Part shown: one piece after another, positions 19,619 through 29,624 of the stretch
Position numbering within the stretch: position 1 is the first letter of the stretch
Layout: every line of letters starts with the position of its first letter
Source: a virus
Lineage: Duplodnaviria > Heunggongvirae > Uroviricota > Caudoviricetes
Direction: 5' to 3' (one strand)
Length of the DNA stretch: 58,687 nt
IMG/VR virus record: IMGVR_UViG_2834277561_000001
Location: 1 to 58,687 of that record
Notes under the pieces: generated by a model
Databases searched by the model: none
Told to the model about the DNA's origin: nothing
The model's input: only the letters and a program-made list of their open reading frames with translations
Made by a program: the position numbers and the translations under genes

Positions 19619-22600
19619 GCCCCGCGTGATAACAATTAGTAAACTTCCAGTTATCAAGAACTGGATCACCATTTGTATAAATACACTGCATTGATGTATC
19701 TTTTACAAAATCCTTTTTATCATTGGTAAAGTGTGGTGCTTCAATTTTAATAATTCTCAAATCCGGACATGCTTTTGCAACTGAATCAGGTGTAAGAGAA
19801 TTGTTTTCATCATAGATCTGATTTCGTTCATAACGGGCAATCATATCGTCAGAGTCTCTTGCATCAGCTATAAAGTTACTCAAAATATCCGTATCAGTCA
19901 GAGAAGCGGAGTAAGCTTTCATTCTATAAACATGAACATCACAATCATCAGAACCAATAGTAATCGGAACAGGAGTGTACTGATATAATCTATGAACGTC
20001 ATTATATATCATTGGTCTTCCGCCAACACCATCTTCATATGTCATTACAATAGATGTCGCCCCTTCAGTTTTGGTGTCGAGAGCATTGATATTAAATTCG
20101 TATTCAATGATATCTTCTTCACTGTATGGGAAATACAAGCTGCTCGTAGAGGAATAAATGTTTGCTTCATGCACATTCATCTCAAGACCAACTTTATCAT
20201 CCATAGCCGGAATACAAGATAAGAATGTAGTAGAAGCGTTACGTACATTTGTAGTTTTAAATACAATCTTAAATTCGGAACCCGTCTGTTTTGGATCGGT
20301 TCCAAAAAGATTATAATTAATTTTAGCTCTTGTACCTGCTTTTACACAGAAGTACTGATTACCATCAGAGTCAATCTGATATCCACCGTTTGACCAGTCA
20401 AAATTATCAGATACTGTCATTGCAATATTTGTATGTGTTTTATCTTTCCAAAGTCTATTTTCATCACTATTTGAATAGCCTGTTGGATTAAAATCAAATT
20501 CAAGATTTGCAGTAACTGGTTCAACATCAATATCCAATTTTTCGATATTTGCTTTTAAGATTTTAGTGACCTTTCGGCAGGAGATAGTTAAATCATGATT
20601 TCCAACATCAGATGATTTATAACTCCATGTTTGTACGGTACGTTTAACAGATAATGTAGATACTGTATTTCCATCTACAGCTAATTTTACTGTTGCAGGA
20701 TTATGGTCTGGATCATATACAACATAAGGAATATTTGTCGCATGATACTGCTGGGTTGTAAATTCTTGCATTGAACAACCAATAATAGGAGTCCTGTCAT
20801 CCGGATTGACCCATATAATATCTTTAATAATTGTCTCTGACTGAATGTCCTGGTTATTTACAGTAGCAGTCATATATACTTTAAGCAGGTGCGCTCCGTG
20901 AGATTGTTTTGTAAGAACATAGGATAACTGTCTACCAGAAGCAGATGTATTTACAGAATCTAACTCATTGCCATCAAGAATAAAGTGTACTGTTTTATTA
21001 ATATTACCGTATGGAGTATATCTGAATGAGACTTCATCAGAATAGAAGAGAGTATCATCGAAAGTGCTTTCAAGTTTAAAATCAACAATTGTAATTGTCC
21101 AAGTTTTTGTTGAAAGAGTACCAACGCTGTCAGTAATTGATAATCTGATAGAGTTTGTACCGGCTTTGAGAAATTCAGTAAGATCAATACTGTTTTTGCC
21201 CTGACCAACTGTAAGAGTAGAAACCGTTGTATTGTCTATTTTCCAAACCGCTGTACCAATACCTGTTGAATCACCAACATTATCAACTGATGACCAGGTA
21301 TATTCAATAACAGCTTTATTACCCAATAAGAAAATGGCATCAGCTGGAGTAATACGTTCAATTGTCATTGTAGAAGTAGTAGTTCCACCACCGCCTCCAC
21401 CTTGAATTGTAAATATTTTAATGGTTTCTCCATTTTCTTTCCAGTAGAAAATATTATCAGTATAATCGACATCATATTTAGTGGATGCCGGATTTTCTTC
21501 TAATTTTTTAACCCTTCCTTCCAGAGTATCAAAATTCGTTCCTAAACTATCAACAGCTTCTTTATTTCCGTCAACAGTCTGTTTCATATTTGCTACTGAG
21601 TTAGTAGCTTGCGACACATCTTCTTTAATTTGTGGAATCTCAGTTTTTTTTACTTCATTCAAAGAAGATGTTAAGTCGGTAATTTTCTGTTCATCCTCGG
21701 TTTGATGCTCTTGAATAGACTGAATACTATTGTTAATAGGAGTAATGTTGGCAGTTACCCATTCAGTAGAAGGATTAATAGAACCAATATTAACATCAAA
21801 CATTTTAGCAGAACCATTCATAAATGTAAGTTGTCCAGCTCCATCAACAGCAGTGTATGTAACAGACAGGTTTGCCAGCCCATTAATAGTAACAGAGGAT
21901 AACTCATCTTTTCCAGCTGCCTTACTTGTATCTTTTAATGTCAACTTCCCTGATTTATTATCATATTCCGCTTTAAGGTGTGATAAACTGCTAATAGAAT
22001 TAATAGCTGTATTAATTGGTTTAAGACTATCTGAAATTTTAGTATCTGTCTGAGTCTTTGTGTAATAATTTTTCAATGATGTTGTGTTGATAAAATTATC
22101 GTTAACCTTTGAAATTACATCGCTAGCAATTGAGTCAACATTGATCTTAGCAGCAGAATTAGCAGCTTCCTGTGCATATGATTGCGCATTATTTACATAT
22201 TCAATAATTCTTGCCTCAAATGATGTCATCCATCCTCTATCAGACACTTCCACAAAATCGTCCTGGTCAATGCCTTGCATCACATTGATTTTTCCATTTG
22301 GTCGAGTAGTCCAAGCATATTTCAAATCGCCGACCTGCCCAACTACACGGATTTCAAAAATATAATCTCCTGGTTTTATTGTAACTGACTCGTCAATAAG
22401 CCATCCAAATCTGATATAAGAACTATTTCTTTTTACATTAATTACATTATATTCGTGTGGAGTGCCTCCTGTAAGTTTGTCACTGCAACGAATAGAAATA
22501 GTCATTTCTCTGGCGGATAAATCAATACCGTCGTAATACCTTGGCATTTGGAATGGAATATATTGACTATTCTTTTCCTGTGTAATATTGATCTGACTCG

Positions 22601-22793
22601 AATCCATTGTGATATTTTTATTTGTATCAACCATGGAATATTTATCATCTGTATATTGACTATATTGAGTATAACCCTCAACGGATTCGTAACCATCATC
22701 AACATATACGGCAAAGGCATCTTCGGAAGCAAGTGTCATTACTTCCGAATTCATTGTCGATAAAATTTTCTTTTTAGAATCTTTAAATGACAT
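19619..22793 (-). CDS. Giant tail protein, exon 1 (BppU-like N-terminus, coiled coil, beta-rich/LamG-like region)
   Basis: 1058 codons plus one base up to the 5' splice site; SQYIPF.MPRYYDGIDL; the last 32 residues of the track ORF (RTSLPL...) are intron sequence. Confidence 0.82.
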
Positions 22794-22804
22794 TCGCTTC
22801 CTCC

Positions 22805-23530
22805 TTATTTCAATAATTCATCTAAATTCATCATTTGAACTCCCGAAATTTGATCAAGATTTACTACACCATCCTGAACTCCATCAGGATCTTTTCCGAC
22901 TAAATCCTCTGCAACCATGGAAGATATATCGTTCATCTCGACACCTTCTCCCATATCATTTCCATCACGATCTGCCAAAGTGATTTTTCTATCATTTTTA
23001 TTCAGTCGAATATCTTGTGCCATACCATTATAAATTGCATCTGTCGTTGCAATCATTTGTTTTTGTAAAACTTCCATGGCAATAATTCTCTGGTCAAAAT
23101 CCGTATAATTTTCAGATATATCAAAATCATCAAAAGAAGAGAGTGGTGTGATATGTATGATCCCAGACTGAGTTTTTCTTACAGCAGACGTAATGGTATC
23201 GTCATCATTTTGAATGATTTTCACAAATGTAAAAGATACCTCAACATCACCAGGTTCAGCTGTCAAATCGTTTACGTTTGCGGGAAGATAAAACTGCATC
23301 ATGTTTTCGTTATAATCTTCTTCGGCACGGACTAACGGGACTTTTGTTTTGATTTTTTTACTGATTGGTAAAACGTATCTCATGTAAACAGAGGCATCCG
23401 TAATATCAAGCTGTCCTTTATAATTTTTATTAACCAAAATGCGAATCTGATCGACAGCATTACTTTTTTCCATGATAACTTCTCGCTTGCTAATAATTTC
23501 ATTATCATCTGTAATTTGTAATGTATACAT
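22805..23530 (-). CDS. BppU-like baseplate/tail protein
   Basis: 241 aa; LTAEPGDVEVSFTF..VRKT motif of baseplate upper-type domains. Confidence 0.55.
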   Translation of the reverse strand: MYTLQITDDNEIISKREVIMEKSNAVDQIRILVNKNYKGQLDITDASVYMRYVLPISKKIKTKVPLVRAEEDYNENMMQFYLPANVNDLTAEPGDVEVSFTFVKIIQNDDDTITSAVRKTQSGIIHITPLSSFDDFDISENYTDFDQRIIAMEVLQKQMIATTDAIYNGMAQDIRLNKNDRKITLADRDGNDMGEGVEMNDISSMVAEDLVGKDPDGVQDGVVNLDQISGVQMMNLDELLK

Positions 23531-23542
23531 GAATTCCTCCTT

Positions 23543-24241
23543 TTATGATGCCTTAATGTCATCTATCATTTTTTGAAAATCTGATTCTGTAAGTTCCGAT
23601 GTCATCGGAGTCGTTTCAACCCATGAAGTCCAACCTGAACCTATATAATAACTTTCGAATCTACGAACCAGTCCGGAACTATTTTTTAGATATACCGTTT
23701 TTATTTTTTGCGAAACCACTTCTCCGTAAGTAGAATATCCACTTGCATCTGAAAGTGGGCCATTTTTTACCGCAGATGCATTCGAGTTTTCATACCATCC
23801 AGTGTTTGTTGCTAATGACCAATCTGTAACAGTTGATGCCGTTTGTCCAACTGTTTTTTCGACAGAAGACAAGCGATTGGTTATATTGGATGATACAGAA
23901 AAATTATTTTTATCTATAATATTTTTTAAATCTGCTAGTTGTTTCCCCTGTCCATTACCAGTAGCAGAAGTAACTGTTTCAAGATTATTTACTCTTTTTA
24001 CAATATTTGTTGTAGTTATTTGTTTAGTGGTCTGATCTGTTAAAACTTCTTCAAGCGGACTTAAACGATTTCCTACTGTTTTTGCATCTGCAAATCCACC
24101 GCTTATTGTTAGGGACGCATCCGATACAGGTTTATTTTCTAGTTCTCGATAATCTATCAGAGCATTTCCAGAAGTTGTTTTAACTCTTTGAATAATATTA
24201 GCCATTTTACACCTTTCCTTTCTATATAAAGAAAAGGCCAT
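23543..24241 (-). CDS. Tail-fibre-like hypothetical protein
   Basis: IDYRELENKP..DASLTISG.FADAKTVG, C-terminal WTSW; likely start 24205. Confidence 0.55.
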   Translation of the reverse strand: MAFSLYRKERCKMANIIQRVKTTSGNALIDYRELENKPVSDASLTISGGFADAKTVGNRLSPLEEVLTDQTTKQITTTNIVKRVNNLETVTSATGNGQGKQLADLKNIIDKNNFSVSSNITNRLSSVEKTVGQTASTVTDWSLATNTGWYENSNASAVKNGPLSDASGYSTYGEVVSQKIKTVYLKNSSGLVRRFESYYIGSGWTSWVETTPMTSELTESDFQKMIDDIKAS

Positions 24242-24254
24242 TAAAATGACCTTT

Positions 24255-24698
24255 TCATTTCATTTGATATATTTTTTTTCCAAATATTTTATAATACGGT
24301 TTTTGGTTGGACATATACCCAAAGATATAACAATCCATCCAGTCCATAAGTGGAATTACCCATGCAGCAATTATCATCCATAACAAAGAAAATGGAAGAC
24401 AAATCAAACCATCTATATTGAATGGCATATTTCTGTAGTCCCAGATATGATAATCAGAATTAAAGAAAACTCCGAAAATATATTCTATAAACGTTGCGAA
24501 AATAGCACATAATACCAATTGTAATAAAAAATCAACTTCATATGAAAATTGATTATTCAACAATACCATTGGAATTACACAGATAGATGCACAAAACATC
24601 ATAGTAATATCTGAGTGTCCACGGAATAGCAACTCCATACAGACATAGATATAACCAGAAAATGTGAACAATAATAAATACTTCATAAAAGATTTCAT
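24255..24698 (-). CDS. Multi-pass membrane protein (CmpB/'putative ABC permease'-like family)
   Basis: E.LFRG.S..TM, EYIFG, IWDYRNMPFNIDG.ICLPFS..W. Confidence 0.75.
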   Translation of the reverse strand: MKSFMKYLLLFTFSGYIYVCMELLFRGHSDITMMFCASICVIPMVLLNNQFSYEVDFLLQLVLCAIFATFIEYIFGVFFNSDYHIWDYRNMPFNIDGLICLPFSLLWMIIAAWVIPLMDWMDCYIFGYMSNQKPYYKIFGKKIYQMK

Positions 24699-24701
24699 AT
24701 A

Positions 24702-25151
24702 TTATTCCTCTTTTTCTATTTTTTCTTCCTCTTTAATTTCTTCCTTTTTGACAGGCAATGTAAGAAGTTCTTCAACCATTGCGTATTGAGCTGCGGTTGC
24801 AGTAGGACAATACGGCATTTCAAAATCTTCTTTAGAAATTTGATATAAATCTACATCTAATTCAAGTGAGGCAACGGGATCAACTTTATCTCTAAATTTT
24901 TGAATTGTATCTATATCATTTTCATCAATATAGAATCTTCCGTCATCAGTTTCCTTTCCATATTCGGCTAATGCATCATCAATTACTTTATCGTAATCCT
25001 TAACTTCTTCTTTTAAAATTCGAATATTTCTATAGATTGCATAACCAGTAAGTCCGGAACTCCCATCTGTAAATCCAGGCTGATCTAATGTATTGAGTAA
25101 ATATTTAATAATTCCATTTGTGATTTTCATTTCATTTTCTCCTTTATTCAT
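24702..25151 (-). CDS. Hypothetical phage protein (DUF1617-like)
   Basis: 149 aa; YAI.RNI..L..E...Y motif; follows Tal. Confidence 0.5.
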   Translation of the reverse strand: MNKGENEMKITNGIIKYLLNTLDQPGFTDGSSGLTGYAIYRNIRILKEEVKDYDKVIDDALAEYGKETDDGRFYIDENDIDTIQKFRDKVDPVASLELDVDLYQISKEDFEMPYCPTATAAQYAMVEELLTLPVKKEEIKEEEKIEKEE

Positions 25152-25154
25152 TTA

Positions 25155-28100
25155 TCATGTAGTTGATGTATTACCTTTTAGTTTCGAAATTTCATCTTCT
25201 AAAGATGCCACTTTTTCCTGTAATGTTTTTATGTCCTGCATAATCGTACTTATTTGATCCAATCCCTCGTGAGTATGACAATTGCCAATTATTGTTGCCG
25301 CATCTTCCGAGATAGATTCTATACTTGTGATTTCATTTACTGACAAATTTTCTATATTGTCTATATTACAGCCAGAAATATTGCTGTTTTGAATGTTAGC
25401 ATTTTGTATCGAAACATCAGAATCTGTACTGGTTACAGATATATTAGGATTAAAAATTTTATTTATATCATTATCAGTAGAATCTGATTTTAATTTATTG
25501 ACAATAAATTCTTTAGTTAAATACACTTCATCTAATTTTTGCGTAAAACCACTATCAGAAGTCATATTATAAAATTTGTCTTTTGGTGCCGAGAAAAATC
25601 CGGTAATGATATTATCCATATTAAGAGACTGACCAGATCCACCGTTTGATGCAGTACTTGAAATTTTTGAAATAAATAATGGATTAGAAAACATTTGTTG
25701 AATAATATCTGCGCTGATAACATAAGAAGAGGAATCCGCATTTTTTGAAACACCTTCTACTTTTCCGCCATCATATGAGCTACTATTTATTACACTATCT
25801 AACAAAGGATCATAATCATTAGTGGATGTTTGATATTTAATCATATTACTGAAAGTAATAGTCATCTGTTCATCCAAATCACAAGGATTGTAATCTATTT
25901 CAATTACACGTAATTTTACATAATTTTCATCATTCAAACCCATATAAATGTAATCATTTACATTCAATTTATCATGATATTCTTTAAACTCTGGAAGAGC
26001 ATATATATTTTCAACTGTATCAGAATATATATACTGTGGATGAGATTCTATATATAATCTATCCATTGAATCTTTGTATAATAATTCCTGTTGTCGAATT
26101 GAACTTTCTGGAGTCGTAAGAGAGGTTGTAATGATATTTTTATTAGAATAGGATGCTTGGCGACATAAAAGTTGGAAGATTTTTAGTTCATCAGATGTAA
26201 ATGGTTTTCCAACGGAATTAAAATCTAAATCTTTTGATTCAACTCCCCAGTTTTTCAATTCAGTATATTTAATAATATCCTGTTGCCGAGAAGACATTTG
26301 TGCTATACCTGGAACCTTTATCTTTAGAGGAAGTTGAGTATCTTTATCTAAAATTACTTTTCCTTCATCATCTGTTTTGTCTATTTCTATAAGAACCCCG
26401 TCACCTGGATTGTTATAGTAGTCATATTCCTTTTGCCTTGCATCCAAAGATTCTTGTGCCTGAGAGAGAAGATCTTGATATTCTAAATAACAATGATACA
26501 TTTGATTTGAATAATCTTTCTCTTGTCCAGACAATTCGCTATAAGGATTATCAAATCCTTGTTTCTTCAATGTTGCAACACAATTTTCGTATGTTTTGAT
26601 TTTGACTTTAAGTTCGTCTATGCCATATAAATCCCAATTGGTTTCATAAGATTTAATTACGTCAGATGGTTGAATATAATATCCAAATGGAGTACAAGTA
26701 TCACCTTCTTCAAGTTGCATTCCACAAATTATATAATTAGATGACACAGCTTCAAATTCTACATCTATTATATTTGCATCTGGTACAAATTCGAATTTTA
26801 TTCTTCTCCATTTGTTTTGACTATTTGGCAATATCCATTTGTAATACTTATCCTTACAATTTGTTGTATCAAAATAACATCGCAATTCATATATACGCTC
26901 TTGGTCTTTGAATTGGTAGGATTTTTTGGGACATGCATAAAAACTAATATAATAAGTTTTTCCTGAAATTACATTTATTTTTTTTTGGCTAATACCAGTG
27001 GTTCCACGTTGTTTGTTAGCATTTAAATATATCATCCTAGTAATTCCATAAATATCTGTACCCATTTGAGAATAAAAACTGCTATCGACATTTTCTAATT
27101 TTATATTATCAGCCCCAATAGAGTTCCCAATAGGAGTCCAATCCGTTCCCAATATAATAGGATTAGGATTAGCAAGAAGATTTCCATTTCCACTAGGAAT
27201 AAAATCTTTGTCTTTATCATATGTCGAACCATTATTTATTTTATACTGTATTGCCGCACTAATCGCAGGAATAGTATAATTTTTAATAGATTCATACAAA
27301 TTCCAATCATCTTTGTGCTTTTTTAATTCATTAATATTAAATTTATTATTGTCATCCACATATGTATTTTCAAGTCCTGTAATAATTGCAGAATTAGAAG
27401 TATATGCGCTTTGAAGATCGTCCATAGAAAAAGAGAAGTAGTCGGTACTCACAGAATCAACAGGAACACGATTTTGTATTTCGGTCATTTTGTCTCTTAA
27501 AATGGCAGTATATTTTGCATAATTGCGATATTCCTGCCGCCACAGCTCTCTATTATCCAAATAATCAGCATAATTCTGTGCCATACTTTCCGACATGTAA
27601 GGCTTTTTCATAAAATAGGTCAGATCAGTAATAAGAGAACTACCTATATTCACTGCATCGATATTATAGTCATTCAACCCACTAACATAAAATTGCGTAA
27701 TTAGGCTATCGTCACGAGATATTTCTACATTATTCTGGATGTTTCTAAAGCCTAAAAAGATACCAGTATCTTTGCCGAGAGATTTTGGACGATATGCATT
27801 TATTTGTAATTTTTTACAGTCAAAATCAAAGATGCATTTACATACTTTTGATACCTCTTGGGTAAGAAATGAATACACAGTTTTATCATTTACGGTATAA
27901 TTAGAAACATAATCAGGAAGATAGGTTAATTTCTCTGCCGAATCATCATCTGGAGTGATATTATCCACATATCCAACCGTCCAGCCTATATCCGCCGCCC
28001 CTGAGTGTTCCAATATTAAATGTAAAAGACTTAATTTAGTATTTGATTTATCACAAAATTTTACTTGAAAATAGTCACCAGAAGTGAAATCTGAGTCATG

Positions 28101-28541
28101 ATTTGGATTATCAGGATGATTCAAATCATATTCTTTTCTATATTGAACCTCATAAGATTTCGCACTTCCAGTATTAACTTCAAAATTATTTAGAGTATAT
28201 TGTGATAAAACAATCTCATATGACTCAGCAACAATATCTTTTGTTACTTTAGTTCCATCGGTAGATTCTTTAGGAGGTTCTGTAATCCTAAACCATATGC
28301 CATCGCAATATAGCTCCATCATCTCTTCGATGTAAGCATAAGCATTCGAAATTACACCTTCATCTATGTATTTATTTACGGAAAAACTTAACTCCGCTGT
28401 ATCTTTCGTTCTTAGTTTTATGGAAACAGAAGAAGAATCAATTCCATTAATTGCACATAAAATGCGTCTTCCTGGAGCAGCGAGATATATAACGGAAGGT
28501 TCTGTTCTACCATATATATCATAAGTATGTGTTAATTTCAT
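25155..28541 (-). CDS. Tal/baseplate hub (tail tip) protein with an inserted carbohydrate-binding-like domain
   Basis: 1128 aa directly after Dit; ELSF.V.K, GWTVGYVD, C.FDFD; GNLL.NP...QLEEG...TP.. CBM-like insert. Confidence 0.75.
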   Translation of the reverse strand: MKLTHTYDIYGRTEPSVIYLAAPGRRILCAINGIDSSSVSIKLRTKDTAELSFSVNKYIDEGVISNAYAYIEEMMELYCDGIWFRITEPPKESTDGTKVTKDIVAESYEIVLSQYTLNNFEVNTGSAKSYEVQYRKEYDLNHPDNPNHDSDFTSGDYFQVKFCDKSNTKLSLLHLILEHSGAADIGWTVGYVDNITPDDDSAEKLTYLPDYVSNYTVNDKTVYSFLTQEVSKVCKCIFDFDCKKLQINAYRPKSLGKDTGIFLGFRNIQNNVEISRDDSLITQFYVSGLNDYNIDAVNIGSSLITDLTYFMKKPYMSESMAQNYADYLDNRELWRQEYRNYAKYTAILRDKMTEIQNRVPVDSVSTDYFSFSMDDLQSAYTSNSAIITGLENTYVDDNNKFNINELKKHKDDWNLYESIKNYTIPAISAAIQYKINNGSTYDKDKDFIPSGNGNLLANPNPIILGTDWTPIGNSIGADNIKLENVDSSFYSQMGTDIYGITRMIYLNANKQRGTTGISQKKINVISGKTYYISFYACPKKSYQFKDQERIYELRCYFDTTNCKDKYYKWILPNSQNKWRRIKFEFVPDANIIDVEFEAVSSNYIICGMQLEEGDTCTPFGYYIQPSDVIKSYETNWDLYGIDELKVKIKTYENCVATLKKQGFDNPYSELSGQEKDYSNQMYHCYLEYQDLLSQAQESLDARQKEYDYYNNPGDGVLIEIDKTDDEGKVILDKDTQLPLKIKVPGIAQMSSRQQDIIKYTELKNWGVESKDLDFNSVGKPFTSDELKIFQLLCRQASYSNKNIITTSLTTPESSIRQQELLYKDSMDRLYIESHPQYIYSDTVENIYALPEFKEYHDKLNVNDYIYMGLNDENYVKLRVIEIDYNPCDLDEQMTITFSNMIKYQTSTNDYDPLLDSVINSSSYDGGKVEGVSKNADSSSYVISADIIQQMFSNPLFISKISSTASNGGSGQSLNMDNIITGFFSAPKDKFYNMTSDSGFTQKLDEVYLTKEFIVNKLKSDSTDNDINKIFNPNISVTSTDSDVSIQNANIQNSNISGCNIDNIENLSVNEITSIESISEDAATIIGNCHTHEGLDQISTIMQDIKTLQEKVASLEDEISKLKGNTSTT

Positions 28542-29557
28542 AAATAAGCTCCTGTCTTACGAGGTTCGCGATAAGTAATCTGAACCAAAATATCTCCTGA
28601 AATTGTTATTTCATTACGTCCATAAGCTAATCTCAACCAATAAATATCACTGATATTATTTTCTGTAATACCCAAATCACCAAAAGTAACTTCACCATTA
28701 TTTTCTCTATATAATTTTAAATTCTTACAATCCATACAAATTGTGTCATTTCCATATGGATAATTTTTAAAATTCAATTTTAGTGTTTTATTATCATCGG
28801 ATGAATTTTTTAAAATCATTTCACCATCATAATTACCGTATGGAGTTATTTTCAATATTGGATAAACATATTCATTGATACAATCTGAATTATTGTACAA
28901 ATGAAATGCTGTCGGAGTTTCTTTTGTAGATGAAATCTTATCAGTTGTTTTTTCAGGAGAATAACCATACGGGCTATCACATGTAACAGTATAAGTAATT
29001 TGGTATGGTCGATCATTCTTTTCAGTTTTCACCGCGGTGACAGTTCCAAAAAATTCAATATCGTCTGAAAAAAAGAATTCATCGTCATCATCATCACTTG
29101 TAATTTTTATTAATTTAGGATACTGAGGTGATGTCAACCATCCGTTTAAAGTGCTTATATCATTTGAGTTAAAATAATCACTGTGTTCGCTTATAAGAGT
29201 ACCATTAGTAATACTCACATCAAAGGAAGAAGGATATGTTAATATGTTTAATTTGGAATCTGAATCATATTTTATTGAAGGAGATTCAGGGTATACTAAT
29301 GTACTATAAGTCTTGCCATTTTCCATAGAATTTTCTAGCCATGGGAGATAATCTTTTTTGCAAGGATCTTTTACAAAAGTCACATCAAATACATAATTAC
29401 CATCATATTGCGCTCCAAAATGATTTTCTCTTGCACGATATTTATTTTTACTTCCCAGAATTAATGATCTGCTTTCTAAATCGTCATTATTATCTATTTT
29501 TGTCACAATAACTCCATATTCACTTGCCTTTTTCCCATTAAACTCAAATTCAACCAA
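28538..29557 (-). CDS. Distal tail protein (Dit)
   Basis: FEFNGKKASEYG, WLTSP, TCDSPYGYS, YPILKI, WLRL..G.NEI; directly after TMP; TTG start after GAGGTG. Confidence 0.8.
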   Translation of the reverse strand: MVEFEFNGKKASEYGVIVTKIDNNDDLESRSLILGSKNKYRARENHFGAQYDGNYVFDVTFVKDPCKKDYLPWLENSMENGKTYSTLVYPESPSIKYDSDSKLNILTYPSSFDVSITNGTLISEHSDYFNSNDISTLNGWLTSPQYPKLIKITSDDDDDEFFFSDDIEFFGTVTAVKTEKNDRPYQITYTVTCDSPYGYSPEKTTDKISSTKETPTAFHLYNNSDCINEYVYPILKITPYGNYDGEMILKNSSDDNKTLKLNFKNYPYGNDTICMDCKNLKLYRENNGEVTFGDLGITENNISDIYWLRLAYGRNEITISGDILVQITYREPRKTGAYL

Positions 29558-29624
29558 ATTCTCACCTCATTCCTCTATAATAGAAGGGAAGCTACCTTTG
29601 ACAGTAGCTTCCCTTAGTTTTTAT

